DNA of 64,000 nucleotides from Escherichia coli (GTDB lineage Bacteria; Pseudomonadota; Gammaproteobacteria; Enterobacterales; Enterobacteriaceae): NCBI RefSeq assembly GCF_030013205.1, contig NZ_CP122649.1; one strand, 5' to 3'. Shown piece by piece: positions 55,920 to 64,000 of this stretch (position 1 is its first letter; each line of letters starts with the position of its first letter). The notes under the pieces were generated by a model. It saw only the letters and a program-made list of their open reading frames with translations, ran no database searches and was not told where the DNA came from. The position numbers and the translations under genes were made by a program.

Positions 55920-57022
55920 TGGATGAGCAAATTACTCTGACACAAAATCAAATTTTCAGTGCATCTCTGAAAGTAAGTAAAAGCCGCTCGCTCGTTAAGC
56001 GGCGTATGCAATCATTAGGGTTGAAGTTTACCGAATCGCAGGATGTCCGTAACCGACTGGCGGGGATAGAAAAAGGTGCTTTGAAATGTGTGGGGCAATT
56101 TTGCCATGACAACGATGCTGAGTCTTTATCAGCGATGGCGATCATCCTTTCCGAGCTTTTTCTGCTGCAAGGCGAACTGTCCACCAGCAATGAATACGGT
56201 GACCATGAAACGAGTTACTGGACCGTAGCACAAGGCCCATGTGATGAATGGGTCCAGTCTCTGCTGGCGAGCGAAAATGGTCGACGTACATTTAATAGCT
56301 TTCGTATAACTTTCGACAACTCCGAAGAGCGCCGCAGCCTCGTCGAAAAAAATGCCAAAATGCTGGGGAGTTATTTATTGCCTTATTTTGTCAATTTTAC
56401 AAATGCTGCATCTGCGTTTATTACGCTGCCTAATAGCATCACGTTTAAACAGGTGCAACGCAACAAGCCGCTCATTCACCCTGAAACCACATTAAGTCAC
56501 ATTCTCACAATAGAAGATTCGGCGTTTCTCTCTCGGATCAAATTTAAACTTATCTCGGCAATTGACCGTCTGCCCGACCCGTCCGGTCAGTATGCCAACA
56601 TGTTCAATCACATCATGGATCGGGCGCTGCTGACGCACCTCAACCGGGAGCAAATTGATAGCCCTTGTGTGTGCAAAAAGGTCATTTCCACCTATGCAGA
56701 CACTATGCTGACGCTCCCGATATTTAATACGACGATTACCGGGAAATACCGGCACTGGACCCCGTGGGGGATTAATTTTGTCGAGTTTAGTCGTCAGGCT
56801 GCAAAGGAAAAATCTTGTGTCTATGTTCCTGAACCCGGCCAAATTCACTGGAAAAGTCCGGAGCATAAGGAACTGGCAGAGTACAGCCTGATCAACCAGA
56901 TAATCCCGCAGCAATACCACTGGTTGCTGGGTGTGCCGACAATCTGGCGCAGTCACTATCGTGACCATAGCAAACGATTAGACTTATTCAAGGAGTGGAG
57001 GGACACAAATGGCTGCGGATAA
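55919..57022 (+). CDS. hypothetical protein, transfer operon
   Basis: ATG overlaps the coupling-protein stop (TGATG); no motif recognised. Confidence 0.5.
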   Translation: MDEQITLTQNQIFSASLKVSKSRSLVKRRMQSLGLKFTESQDVRNRLAGIEKGALKCVGQFCHDNDAESLSAMAIILSELFLLQGELSTSNEYGDHETSYWTVAQGPCDEWVQSLLASENGRRTFNSFRITFDNSEERRSLVEKNAKMLGSYLLPYFVNFTNAASAFITLPNSITFKQVQRNKPLIHPETTLSHILTIEDSAFLSRIKFKLISAIDRLPDPSGQYANMFNHIMDRALLTHLNREQIDSPCVCKKVISTYADTMLTLPIFNTTITGKYRHWTPWGINFVEFSRQAAKEKSCVYVPEPGQIHWKSPEHKELAEYSLINQIIPQQYHWLLGVPTIWRSHYRDHSKRLDLFKEWRDTNGCG

Positions 57023-57671
57023 TTCTGCTCGTGCAATATTCATCAGGGGACTGCTTTTACTAGGGATGATGCTTTATCTTATTTATAGTCTGGGGTTCCA
57101 GAACACCGACGAGCTAAAGCAACAAATCACTCAGGAGGTGAACGCCAGTCGTAGCCTTATTTCTAATGACCGGTGGTTATCTGTTATTGCAAATAGTGAG
57201 GCTACTTTATCCACCCTGATTAATGACTATAAGCTGATCGACTATCTGAATACGATACTGATCCCGGACACATCGACACCTGCACGTGGAATGAATTACG
57301 TTGCCGAAAAGATGACATCAGTAAACTACACTGTGGCAAAAAATCTACCCCTGCTGATTTATCAGTCCATTTTCCGCTGGAATCTGATACTCGGTTGGCT
57401 GATTTTGTTTTCACCATACCTAATTGCTATGCTCGCTGATGGCATGTATCAGTGGAAATTAAAACGTTACGTTTTCGGTAATGTAACCGTTCAGTTTTAC
57501 AGAATCTGGTTCAGGGCCTTCTGGATAATTGGTGCATTAACCTTTATATACCTATCAATGCCTAATATGTCACTTTTTAACAATATCGCTCAACTGTTCC
57601 CCCCTGTCGCATTGTTGATATTGGGAATTGCACTCAACCGTTTGTGGTCTAACTTTCAAAAACTTATGTAA
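57009..57671 (+). CDS. hypothetical integral membrane protein (4 TM)
   Basis: 220 aa; overlaps upstream gene by 14 bp. Confidence 0.55.
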   Translation: MAADNSARAIFIRGLLLLGMMLYLIYSLGFQNTDELKQQITQEVNASRSLISNDRWLSVIANSEATLSTLINDYKLIDYLNTILIPDTSTPARGMNYVAEKMTSVNYTVAKNLPLLIYQSIFRWNLILGWLILFSPYLIAMLADGMYQWKLKRYVFGNVTVQFYRIWFRAFWIIGALTFIYLSMPNMSLFNNIAQLFPPVALLILGIALNRLWSNFQKLM

Positions 57672-57683
57672 TAAGGTGGTCAG

Positions 57684-58865
57684 ATGTTTAAACGTAATAA
57701 TAAGAAGTCACCTGCCAATATCAAAGAATCGCTTGATGAGAACGCTGACCGTTTCTATAAAATGTTCCGAATCCATACCACGTCAAAAGTGGTTATTTCA
57801 CTGCTGGCATTAGCCGCCGCAGGGGTTTCGGCCTTTAATATTTACGATAAGTATCAGGAATCCGAAGGACGAATGGATCATATCGCCGTCGTGCGTATCT
57901 CGGGAGAAATGGGTACCGGTTCTGAGGTCGGCGATGGATCTGTGATAGCCACAGCACTGGCGAAAGCGTACAACAACCCACATGCCAAAGCCGTCATTAT
58001 TGAAGCTGAGTCAGGTGGCGGCGGTCCTTCAGACGCGATTATTATTTACCGCCAGATTAATGCACTACGAAGCCACCAGCAGAAGATTGAACGGGTTTCA
58101 CATGCCGAATCCACAAGCAAGCCCCGTAACACGAGTGATCACAGTGCTTCACGTTCGCAGGCCGATAGCAATGCCGAACTGTCGAAACGTAATACGCTGG
58201 ACGTTCTCTCCGCCGGGAGTGGGCATTTCATTTCTGATATGGAAAACAGCTACAAGCCTATTATCGTCAGCGTCAAAGGAATTTGTGCGTCAGCATGCTA
58301 CTACGCTGTGTCCCCTGCTGACGCCATTTATGCAGACAGTAGCGCTCTGACCGGTTCGATCGGTGTCCGAATGGATCACTGGAACCTGTCTCGCGTTATG
58401 GATACTGTCGGCGTTAAAAATGAGCCACTCACCGCCGGGGAGTTTAAAGATGCACTCGACCCCTATCATCCACTTTCTGATGCCACCCGCGATTTTATGC
58501 AGAAGCAAATCCTGGATGCAATGCACGAACAATTCATTGCGGACGTTGAGCAAGGCAGGGGTAAGAAATTATTAAGCCGTCCGGAGGCTGATGCTGTCGC
58601 ACTGTATTCCGGCAGGGTATGGACAACGCAGCAGGCGATCCGGTACGGACTCATCGACGGTGACCTGACACCTGTCGAAGTCCGTTCACGCCTGTCCCAA
58701 ATGTACTCAACCACTATCTTCAAGACGTACAACGAGCCACAACGGTCGCTTCGCTCCGCGCTCGGGATGTTAATGAGTCTGTCGACTAACGTCGAAACGC
58801 TGGCAGGAACAACCTCTCGGATACTTGATTCTGTTCAGGCCACCAGCTATCCGACGGTGAGATAA
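57684..58865 (+). CDS. S49-family (SppA-like, ClpP-fold) serine peptidase, membrane anchored
   Basis: N-terminal TM; S49-like motifs IAVVRISGEMGTG, AVIIEAESGGGGPSD, VKGICASACYYAVSPADAIYADSSALTGSIGV; AAGGTGG RBS. Confidence 0.65.
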   Translation: MFKRNNKKSPANIKESLDENADRFYKMFRIHTTSKVVISLLALAAAGVSAFNIYDKYQESEGRMDHIAVVRISGEMGTGSEVGDGSVIATALAKAYNNPHAKAVIIEAESGGGGPSDAIIIYRQINALRSHQQKIERVSHAESTSKPRNTSDHSASRSQADSNAELSKRNTLDVLSAGSGHFISDMENSYKPIIVSVKGICASACYYAVSPADAIYADSSALTGSIGVRMDHWNLSRVMDTVGVKNEPLTAGEFKDALDPYHPLSDATRDFMQKQILDAMHEQFIADVEQGRGKKLLSRPEADAVALYSGRVWTTQQAIRYGLIDGDLTPVEVRSRLSQMYSTTIFKTYNEPQRSLRSALGMLMSLSTNVETLAGTTSRILDSVQATSYPTVR

Positions 58866-58866
58866 G

Positions 58867-59595
58867 ATGGATGCAATTTTGATGGTGTGGCGAGTGATAG
58901 GAATCAGCATTATTGTCCTAGCACTCATTGTGCTTTACTGCCTGATGGGATTTGTATCGTCGGCCATTGCTGAACGCAGGACAGCCAGACAGATTGAAAT
59001 ATACCTGCCTGATGATGCAGAAGGGCTTCTGAGCGACTTAACGCTGCCGGTCAATGCCACCGGCACCACGCAGATTGATCACGTTCTTATCGCCTCTCAT
59101 GGACTCTACGTCATCGAGCAGAAGAACTATGCAGGAAAGCTCTATGGGAAGCTGGAGGAGAGCCACTGGCGAAAATGGAAATCGTCAGGGACACTAAAGT
59201 TACAAAACCCGTTCAGGCAGAACTACGGGCACATAAGGGCCATTCAGTCCACGTTACGCGCCAGCGAGCTGGAGTGTATCAATGTTGTCATCATTAACGG
59301 CCCCTGCAAGTTTGAAGGTGAGAAGCCAGACTGGCTTTGCATGGGTATGGAGGAGTTCGTTCGGAAAGTCACTGAGAGGCGCCAGTTAAATGTATTCAAG
59401 CCTGAAGCAGTAAGTTTTATCCGTGGAGAGCTGAAGCTAAAGAGAAAGCCTCCGGGCCTTTATACTGATTTGAACCATATCCACAACGTTACCACTCGAT
59501 ACAAAACAACCATGCGGCTGGAGCAGCGTATTACCTATAACCTTTTGCGCTTTTCTCGGCTTATACTGAGTAAAATGTTCAGATCGGCAAAGTAA
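58867..59595 (+). CDS. NERD-domain (nuclease-related) membrane-anchored protein
   Basis: N-terminal TM; NERD-like core QIDHVLIASHGLYVIEQKNYAGKLYG...LQNPFRQNYGHIRAI; starts 2 bp after the peptidase stop. Confidence 0.65.
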   Translation: MDAILMVWRVIGISIIVLALIVLYCLMGFVSSAIAERRTARQIEIYLPDDAEGLLSDLTLPVNATGTTQIDHVLIASHGLYVIEQKNYAGKLYGKLEESHWRKWKSSGTLKLQNPFRQNYGHIRAIQSTLRASELECINVVIINGPCKFEGEKPDWLCMGMEEFVRKVTERRQLNVFKPEAVSFIRGELKLKRKPPGLYTDLNHIHNVTTRYKTTMRLEQRITYNLLRFSRLILSKMFRSAK

Positions 59596-59597
59596 AA

Positions 59598-59625
59598 AAA
59601 ACCCTGCAAATGCGGGGTTTTTTAT
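59598..59625. terminator. bidirectional rho-independent terminator between convergent operons
   Basis: A-run, stem CCCTGCA / TGCGGGG, T-run. Confidence 0.65.
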
Positions 59626-59978
59626 GGATTCAACTCCGGAATATTTTGCCACGCTTCCTGCATAATTCGCATGGCCTCCCCAATCGATAGAGACGGCCAT
59701 AAAGCGGCGTCAGTCATTTTTACGCCAACCGGCTCACATTCGATAGGGACAAGAATTAAAACAACGCGAGTCCCTTTTATCTTATACCCGAGATTGACTA
59801 CCGGCTGTCTGTAGGTAGCCAGAACTCCTGCACCGTACTCCGCAGGTTTGCTGGCCCAGCTCCGCACCAGAGCGTAAGCCTGCGGCATATAGCGATTATC
59901 CAGATCTCCCTGCGGCCGACGAAAAGGCACGATGTCATCGGAACGGTAAGTAGTGGTGGTTACGTTTGCCGTTGTCAT
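59622..59978 (-). CDS. hypothetical protein, 118 aa
   Basis: Track ORF; last gene of the minus-strand small-gene block. Confidence 0.45.
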   Translation of the reverse strand: MTTANVTTTTYRSDDIVPFRRPQGDLDNRYMPQAYALVRSWASKPAEYGAGVLATYRQPVVNLGYKIKGTRVVLILVPIECEPVGVKMTDAALWPSLSIGEAMRIMQEAWQNIPELNP

Positions 59979-60064
59979 TAATCAACTCCTCGCATCCGAC
60001 TTTATTGAATCTGAAAGTAAAGGGTTTCACGATCAGTTCCCAATCGTGGACACTGATAGTGTGG

Positions 60065-60379
60065 CTAGAATTTTTGCTCCATTTGTTGAGCTTCAAAATC
60101 TCTTGCAGCCTTCAAGAGTGACCCGCCACTGTAGTACTCCAGTTCAGAAATATCATCCTCTTTATTCAACCATTGTGGGGCGGCTTCATTGCCGGTCTTA
60201 CCTGTACCCACATCGCTATTATGGCTTCGAGGCATCACTACGGCTTCCACTTCTTGATAAACGCCATTGCGTTTCACTAGGATATTAACTGTTTTCGGTT
60301 TGCTGTACTTTTCGCGGACTTTATTAACCAGATATAGAACGATAATCCAGCCCACCAGCACGTAAAGAAAAGTATTCAT
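60065..60379 (-). CDS. hypothetical membrane protein, 104 aa
   Basis: N-terminal TM helix (FLYVLVGWIIVLYLV). Confidence 0.45.
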   Translation of the reverse strand: MNTFLYVLVGWIIVLYLVNKVREKYSKPKTVNILVKRNGVYQEVEAVVMPRSHNSDVGTGKTGNEAAPQWLNKEDDISELEYYSGGSLLKAARDFEAQQMEQKF

Positions 60380-60693
60380 ATGCCCTCCTTTGTATGAGTC
60401 TACTATACCAGGTTCCGTTCCAGCCCAAATAGGTTCAGTGCATGAAAAATAGGCTTTCCCGTCCGAATCTGCAAATCCACTCTGGCGTGCCTTTGCTGCC
60501 CTGCGTGAGATTTTCTTTCCGGTTGCGTATGACAGATTCCGTAAAGTTACTTTCTATCCGTCTTGATTAAAACCAGATCCTCTGACTTCACCATCCACCA
60601 GCCAGAACCACGGACGCAAAACCATTACGAAAAAATCCGTCAACTTTACCCCCTGTCGATAGCCCCCCGACAATCGGGTGCCTGCACCCTGTA

Positions 60694-60948
60694 TCAATCA
60701 CCACCGCCCCCACATCCGCCACCAGCGTCCCCACTGTCGCCCCCAACGCCAGTGTCTGAGTAGCCGGAGATTAAGAAGAAACCACTTTCGCCTGTGTTCG
60801 CTCCACTCTTACTGGACTGCGTAAACTGACGCCCTCCGCCCTGGAAACGGTAAAGTGCCTTTTTATTACGGAGACAGAGGTAAAGACAAACAGCAACATA
60901 GAGGATTAATGCAATATTGAGTAACATTACAAAACTCCTGTGCGTCAT
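60694..60948 (-). CDS. hypothetical small membrane protein with Gly-rich C-terminus
   Basis: TM helix then GGGRQF...GVGGDSGDAGGGCGGGGD. Confidence 0.4.
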   Translation of the reverse strand: MTHRSFVMLLNIALILYVAVCLYLCLRNKKALYRFQGGGRQFTQSSKSGANTGESGFFLISGYSDTGVGGDSGDAGGGCGGGGD

Positions 60949-61302
60949 CGTTAATGGACTCGGTATTTACATTAAAGTCCCTTGTTCTTAAATTTTGTTA
61001 ACACGCCCCTTTTCTCCCGACCGCAAATTATTATGGAGCGAGTCCGTCACAGACGACACCGCAGTCGTCAGCCAGACATATCCACCACGCAGGCCATGAG
61101 GTACCGAAGATTTCTTTCCGGATGCCAGATCTCTTTTTAGTTCCCAGCATCATCACCGCCCCCGGCTAAACCATCTGCATGAGGCCAGGCTTACACCACC
61201 AGCTGCGGGCCCCGGACAGCCCAATGATCCTTTTTCCGTATGCCAGCTCTGAGTGCTGAGCCCACAAAAAAGAAACCCGGTGTTACCGGGTTCTTGTGCT
61301 AA

Positions 61303-61554
61303 TCAACTGGCCTTCAGCCCATGGCTTTGCAGGTAGCTATTGAGCGCATCATTGGCACCGGATTCATAATTCCAGTTTCGCCAGACCAGCTGGCTGTCGT
61401 GGTCGCGATGATCACGGATGACAATCTGGAAATGGCCTGCTGGCTGGAGGTTTTCGATAAAGACGTTCTGGTACCCAGCGGCGACAGTGCGTGCCTGAGC
61501 CAGTGTTACCGGTGATTCGCTGCTGAATAAATCGCTCATAAGAATTTCCTTCAT
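61303..61554 (-). CDS. hypothetical protein, 83 aa
   Basis: Track ORF, 30 bp downstream of the preceding gene. Confidence 0.45.
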   Translation of the reverse strand: MKEILMSDLFSSESPVTLAQARTVAAGYQNVFIENLQPAGHFQIVIRDHRDHDSQLVWRNWNYESGANDALNSYLQSHGLKAS

Positions 61555-61584
61555 AATCGCCAGGCCGGAGCCTGGCTAGGGGTG

Positions 61585-62130
61585 TCAGGCCGCGAGGTGT
61601 TTGGCGAGTTTAACGAAGTGGTCTTGGTTGTTGTACAAAGGCATCTGATAGGCCAGGTCCGAAATAAACATCCGGATCTGGTCAAACGTCATGCCGCAGT
61701 TGAAGCCAGTTTCGCTGACATTAGCCCGTGGAAAATCATCGCAAAATTCGTTTAACACCTTGTCATGGACAATGCCGATATTAAGGAGTCCGGCAGGACC
61801 GTTATCACGGAAAGACACAACACGGAATGCGCCATACCAGCCCGACTGGAAAAAGAAGGTAAACGCCTGGGTTGCAAGTCCGTTAAAGAGCTCGTAACGC
61901 TGGCTGGCACTCAGTGACTGGCTGTCCATGCTGTACACGCGATTGATAAAGACGCCCGGGCCGATGTTTGCGGGGATCTGCCCGTAAGCAATGCACGGCA
62001 TGGCCATTTCAGATGCGTCTTTGGTATCATCAATCACTTTATATTGCGCGGCGATAATATCCGCCAACATTGAGCCGCCAAGTGCGCTAATTGCTGCGAT
62101 GTCATTAACCTGAATATTTAAAGTTTTCAT
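61585..62130 (-). CDS. hypothetical protein, 181 aa
   Basis: Track ORF; no motif recognised. Confidence 0.5.
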   Translation of the reverse strand: MKTLNIQVNDIAAISALGGSMLADIIAAQYKVIDDTKDASEMAMPCIAYGQIPANIGPGVFINRVYSMDSQSLSASQRYELFNGLATQAFTFFFQSGWYGAFRVVSFRDNGPAGLLNIGIVHDKVLNEFCDDFPRANVSETGFNCGMTFDQIRMFISDLAYQMPLYNNQDHFVKLAKHLAA

Positions 62131-62210
62131 ATTTCACCTCATTGTTTTTCTTATTATTTCATATTCAGCCTCGTGGCTAACAACCTGATGTGAAATATTT
62201 AATAAATTCA

Positions 62211-62648
62211 TCAGTAGGACAAACACAAACCGGTAGACCGTTCAAAAATGTCCTGCAAATGAATATTGCTGGCATCCAGATTAATCTGGACAAGCTCTGC
62301 ATTATTACCTAAAACAGAAAACAAATAAAAATCAAACCCGCCTGTATTATCATCCTTAAAAATGCGGAAGGAATTAATATTAACAGCTTCGTCTAGTTCC
62401 ACGTGAACCCCATAACGTACTTCCCCGTCATCAAACTGTGCAATCCGGCGCACTGATTTGAGACGGACAAATTTCGCCAGCTCCAGTTCGGGCGTTGGGG
62501 AGAAAGTCAGTGCCTCGAAGATCAGATCTGCTGTTTCATGTTGCTTCCTGCGGTCGAACTCAAACAAACCGCCACCATTGTTGCGATAGACCGGCTGAAG
62601 CGCATTGATCAAGTTGAACGTCTGCCGGTTCCTGTCATATTTATACAT
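62211..62648 (-). CDS. hypothetical protein, 145 aa
   Basis: Track ORF; no motif recognised. Confidence 0.5.
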   Translation of the reverse strand: MYKYDRNRQTFNLINALQPVYRNNGGGLFEFDRRKQHETADLIFEALTFSPTPELELAKFVRLKSVRRIAQFDDGEVRYGVHVELDEAVNINSFRIFKDDNTGGFDFYLFSVLGNNAELVQINLDASNIHLQDIFERSTGLCLSY

Positions 62649-62856
62649 TTATAGGTGCTCCAGTCCTGCCAGTATCCACCAGCAGGGCATAATGTGATTA
62701 GTGCCAGTTGGCGATCAGCTCTTCGCATTGCAAAGAGGAGAAACACTGCTGGGCCAATACCGGCAGTACGGCAATGTTGGGTACACGGTTGTGACACCAT
62801 GCGTTAAACAGCATCTGCCAGGGGCCAGCGTAGTAACCGCCCATTTTCATTTTTTA

Positions 62857-62997
62857 TTTCGGAGTATGGCAGGCGGAAATAGCCTGCTGATAGAGACTTT
62901 CATTCTCGGTTCCAGAGCGTTGTTGCAGTGCAGGATAAATAAAGGAGTAAAGAGAGTCAGAACAATTAGATGCATAAGCCAGATTGGTTTTCATAAT
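62857..62997 (-). CDS. possible small protein (about 47 aa) with strong Shine-Dalgarno
   Basis: Reverse strand reads AGGAGG, 6-nt spacer, ATG; below the 60-aa cutoff of the ORF track. Confidence 0.3.
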
Positions 62998-63311
62998 ACC
63001 TCCTATGTTTTTGGTATTATATAAAACCCGGGCTGCTGGCTAATAACCTACACTGAAAATTTTTTAAATTAACCGACAATCTTAAAAATTGGACGCATGT
63101 GGAATTATGTAAATAGGTAGCAGATTTTATTAACTAGCTTCCATAGGTGGTGCGTTATTAGGGAGTTTTTTGCCAGACCAACAAATTCTAGTAGCTACAC
63201 ATTCACTCGCAGAGATTAATCGCTTTAACATAATTAGTGCCAGCACTGAGTCCTTTAAAATTATAAATCCATGTTCTATCCATAACGTCGTGCCATTGCT
63301 CCTTTCGGTGT

Positions 63312-63593
63312 TCACTGCAAACGGGAGCAGGAATTCCGTTGCAGTTCTTCGGCCGCCTGCTGTTGCAGCACGACCATCACTCTGCTGAGCATTGTCAGCG
63401 CCTGGGAAGGGGAACCGCCAAACGTCAATTTGATTTCGTTGGTGGTGTGGTGCTGTTCCAGGTCGAGAATATTTACTTCCACGTCTGCGCCCTTCTCATC
63501 CTTAGCCGTACAATGAATGCTGACCCGGGTCACCGGGTCCTTAACTGTCTGCAATGGTTTCTTCGTGCTGATGTTGATTGCGGTATTCTTCAT
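63312..63593 (-). CDS. hypothetical protein, 93 aa
   Basis: Track ORF. Confidence 0.45.
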   Translation of the reverse strand: MKNTAINISTKKPLQTVKDPVTRVSIHCTAKDEKGADVEVNILDLEQHHTTNEIKLTFGGSPSQALTMLSRVMVVLQQQAAEELQRNSCSRLQ

Positions 63594-63658
63594 TGCCCTG
63601 TTTCTCCTTGACCAGTGGTGGTAACCGACCCTACCGGGTGGCGGGGTCAGTCAGGAAA

Positions 63659-64000
63659 TCATGCCTGGCCCTTGTTCTGCTTTTCAGCATGTTTACGCAG
63701 GTACTGCGTCAGATCGCCGTGAGCTTCACAAATGGCATTCATCTCGTCATTGGTCAGCACCAGAGTGTAAGTATCGTCGCTGAGGTTCTTAGCGGCCCGT
63801 TGTTTAGCTTCTTCCGCAATACGCGAAAACAGCGGGATTGCCGTGTCCGCAATCGTCGTCACGGTCTTTTTGTTCAGTACGCTGGAGACCGACACAGCTT
63901 TAGGCTCTGGCGTTTTGACCGGGTCTTTCATCTGCGGTGCCGGGGTCCTTTCCGGGGTCGGCTCCGGGTTAGTGCCCGCACTCCCGTCCACCAGCTGCGG
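63659..64000 (-). CDS. hypothetical protein, 5' end beyond the window
   Basis: ORF open at the window edge; Pro/Glu/Thr-rich N-terminal region. Confidence 0.4.
   Translation of the reverse strand, partial: PQLVDGSAGTNPEPTPERTPAPQMKDPVKTPEPKAVSVSSVLNKKTVTTIADTAIPLFSRIAEEAKQRAAKNLSDDTYTLVLTNDEMNAICEAHGDLTQYLRKHAEKQNKGQA

Overview
This window reads as a large conjugative plasmid of the IncHI (R27/R478) type, with three parts. (1) 1-7009: a Tn10-derived tet(B) module (accessory ORFs, tetR(B), divergent tetO promoter, tetA(B), 3' remnant of tetC) cut by an IS1 that has no target duplication, then an AT-rich orphan gene and the 3' half of an integrase-type transposase gene. (2) 7010-24077: a 17-kb resistance mosaic bounded by IS26 and flanked by the 8-bp direct repeat TAGCGGGG, inserted into that transposase gene. 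It carries a Tn2 remnant with blaTEM-1, a Tn21 remnant (merA fragment, merD, merE, urf2, IRt, truncated tniA) and a sul3-type class 1 integron (truncated intI1, attI1, estX-psp-aadA2-cmlA1-aadA1-qacH, IS440 fragment, sul3, mef(B) remnant). (3) 24078-64000: plasmid backbone with a tcuRABC/cit tricarballylate-citrate locus (tcuA frameshifted), a block of unknown genes, a LexA-box umuDC-like operon, DsbA/DsbC-like proteins, a lytic transglycosylase, trhG-trhH-trhF mating-pair genes, an oriT-like region with a tandem palindromic array, a MOBH relaxase and coupling protein operon ending in a membrane protein / S49 peptidase / NERD-domain trio, and a convergent block of small unknown genes. The strongest candidates for undescribed biology are a recurrent 15-bp palindrome (GAAAAGTnACTTTTC, about 10 copies, transfer region only), the peptidase/NERD trio, the small-gene block at 59.6-64 kb and the orphan gene at 5267-6073. 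All calls rest on reading the sequence and recalled family signatures; no searches were run. Hand-counted coordinates of short motifs may be off by 1-2 bp, and one confirmed misreading of this kind was corrected against the ORF track.
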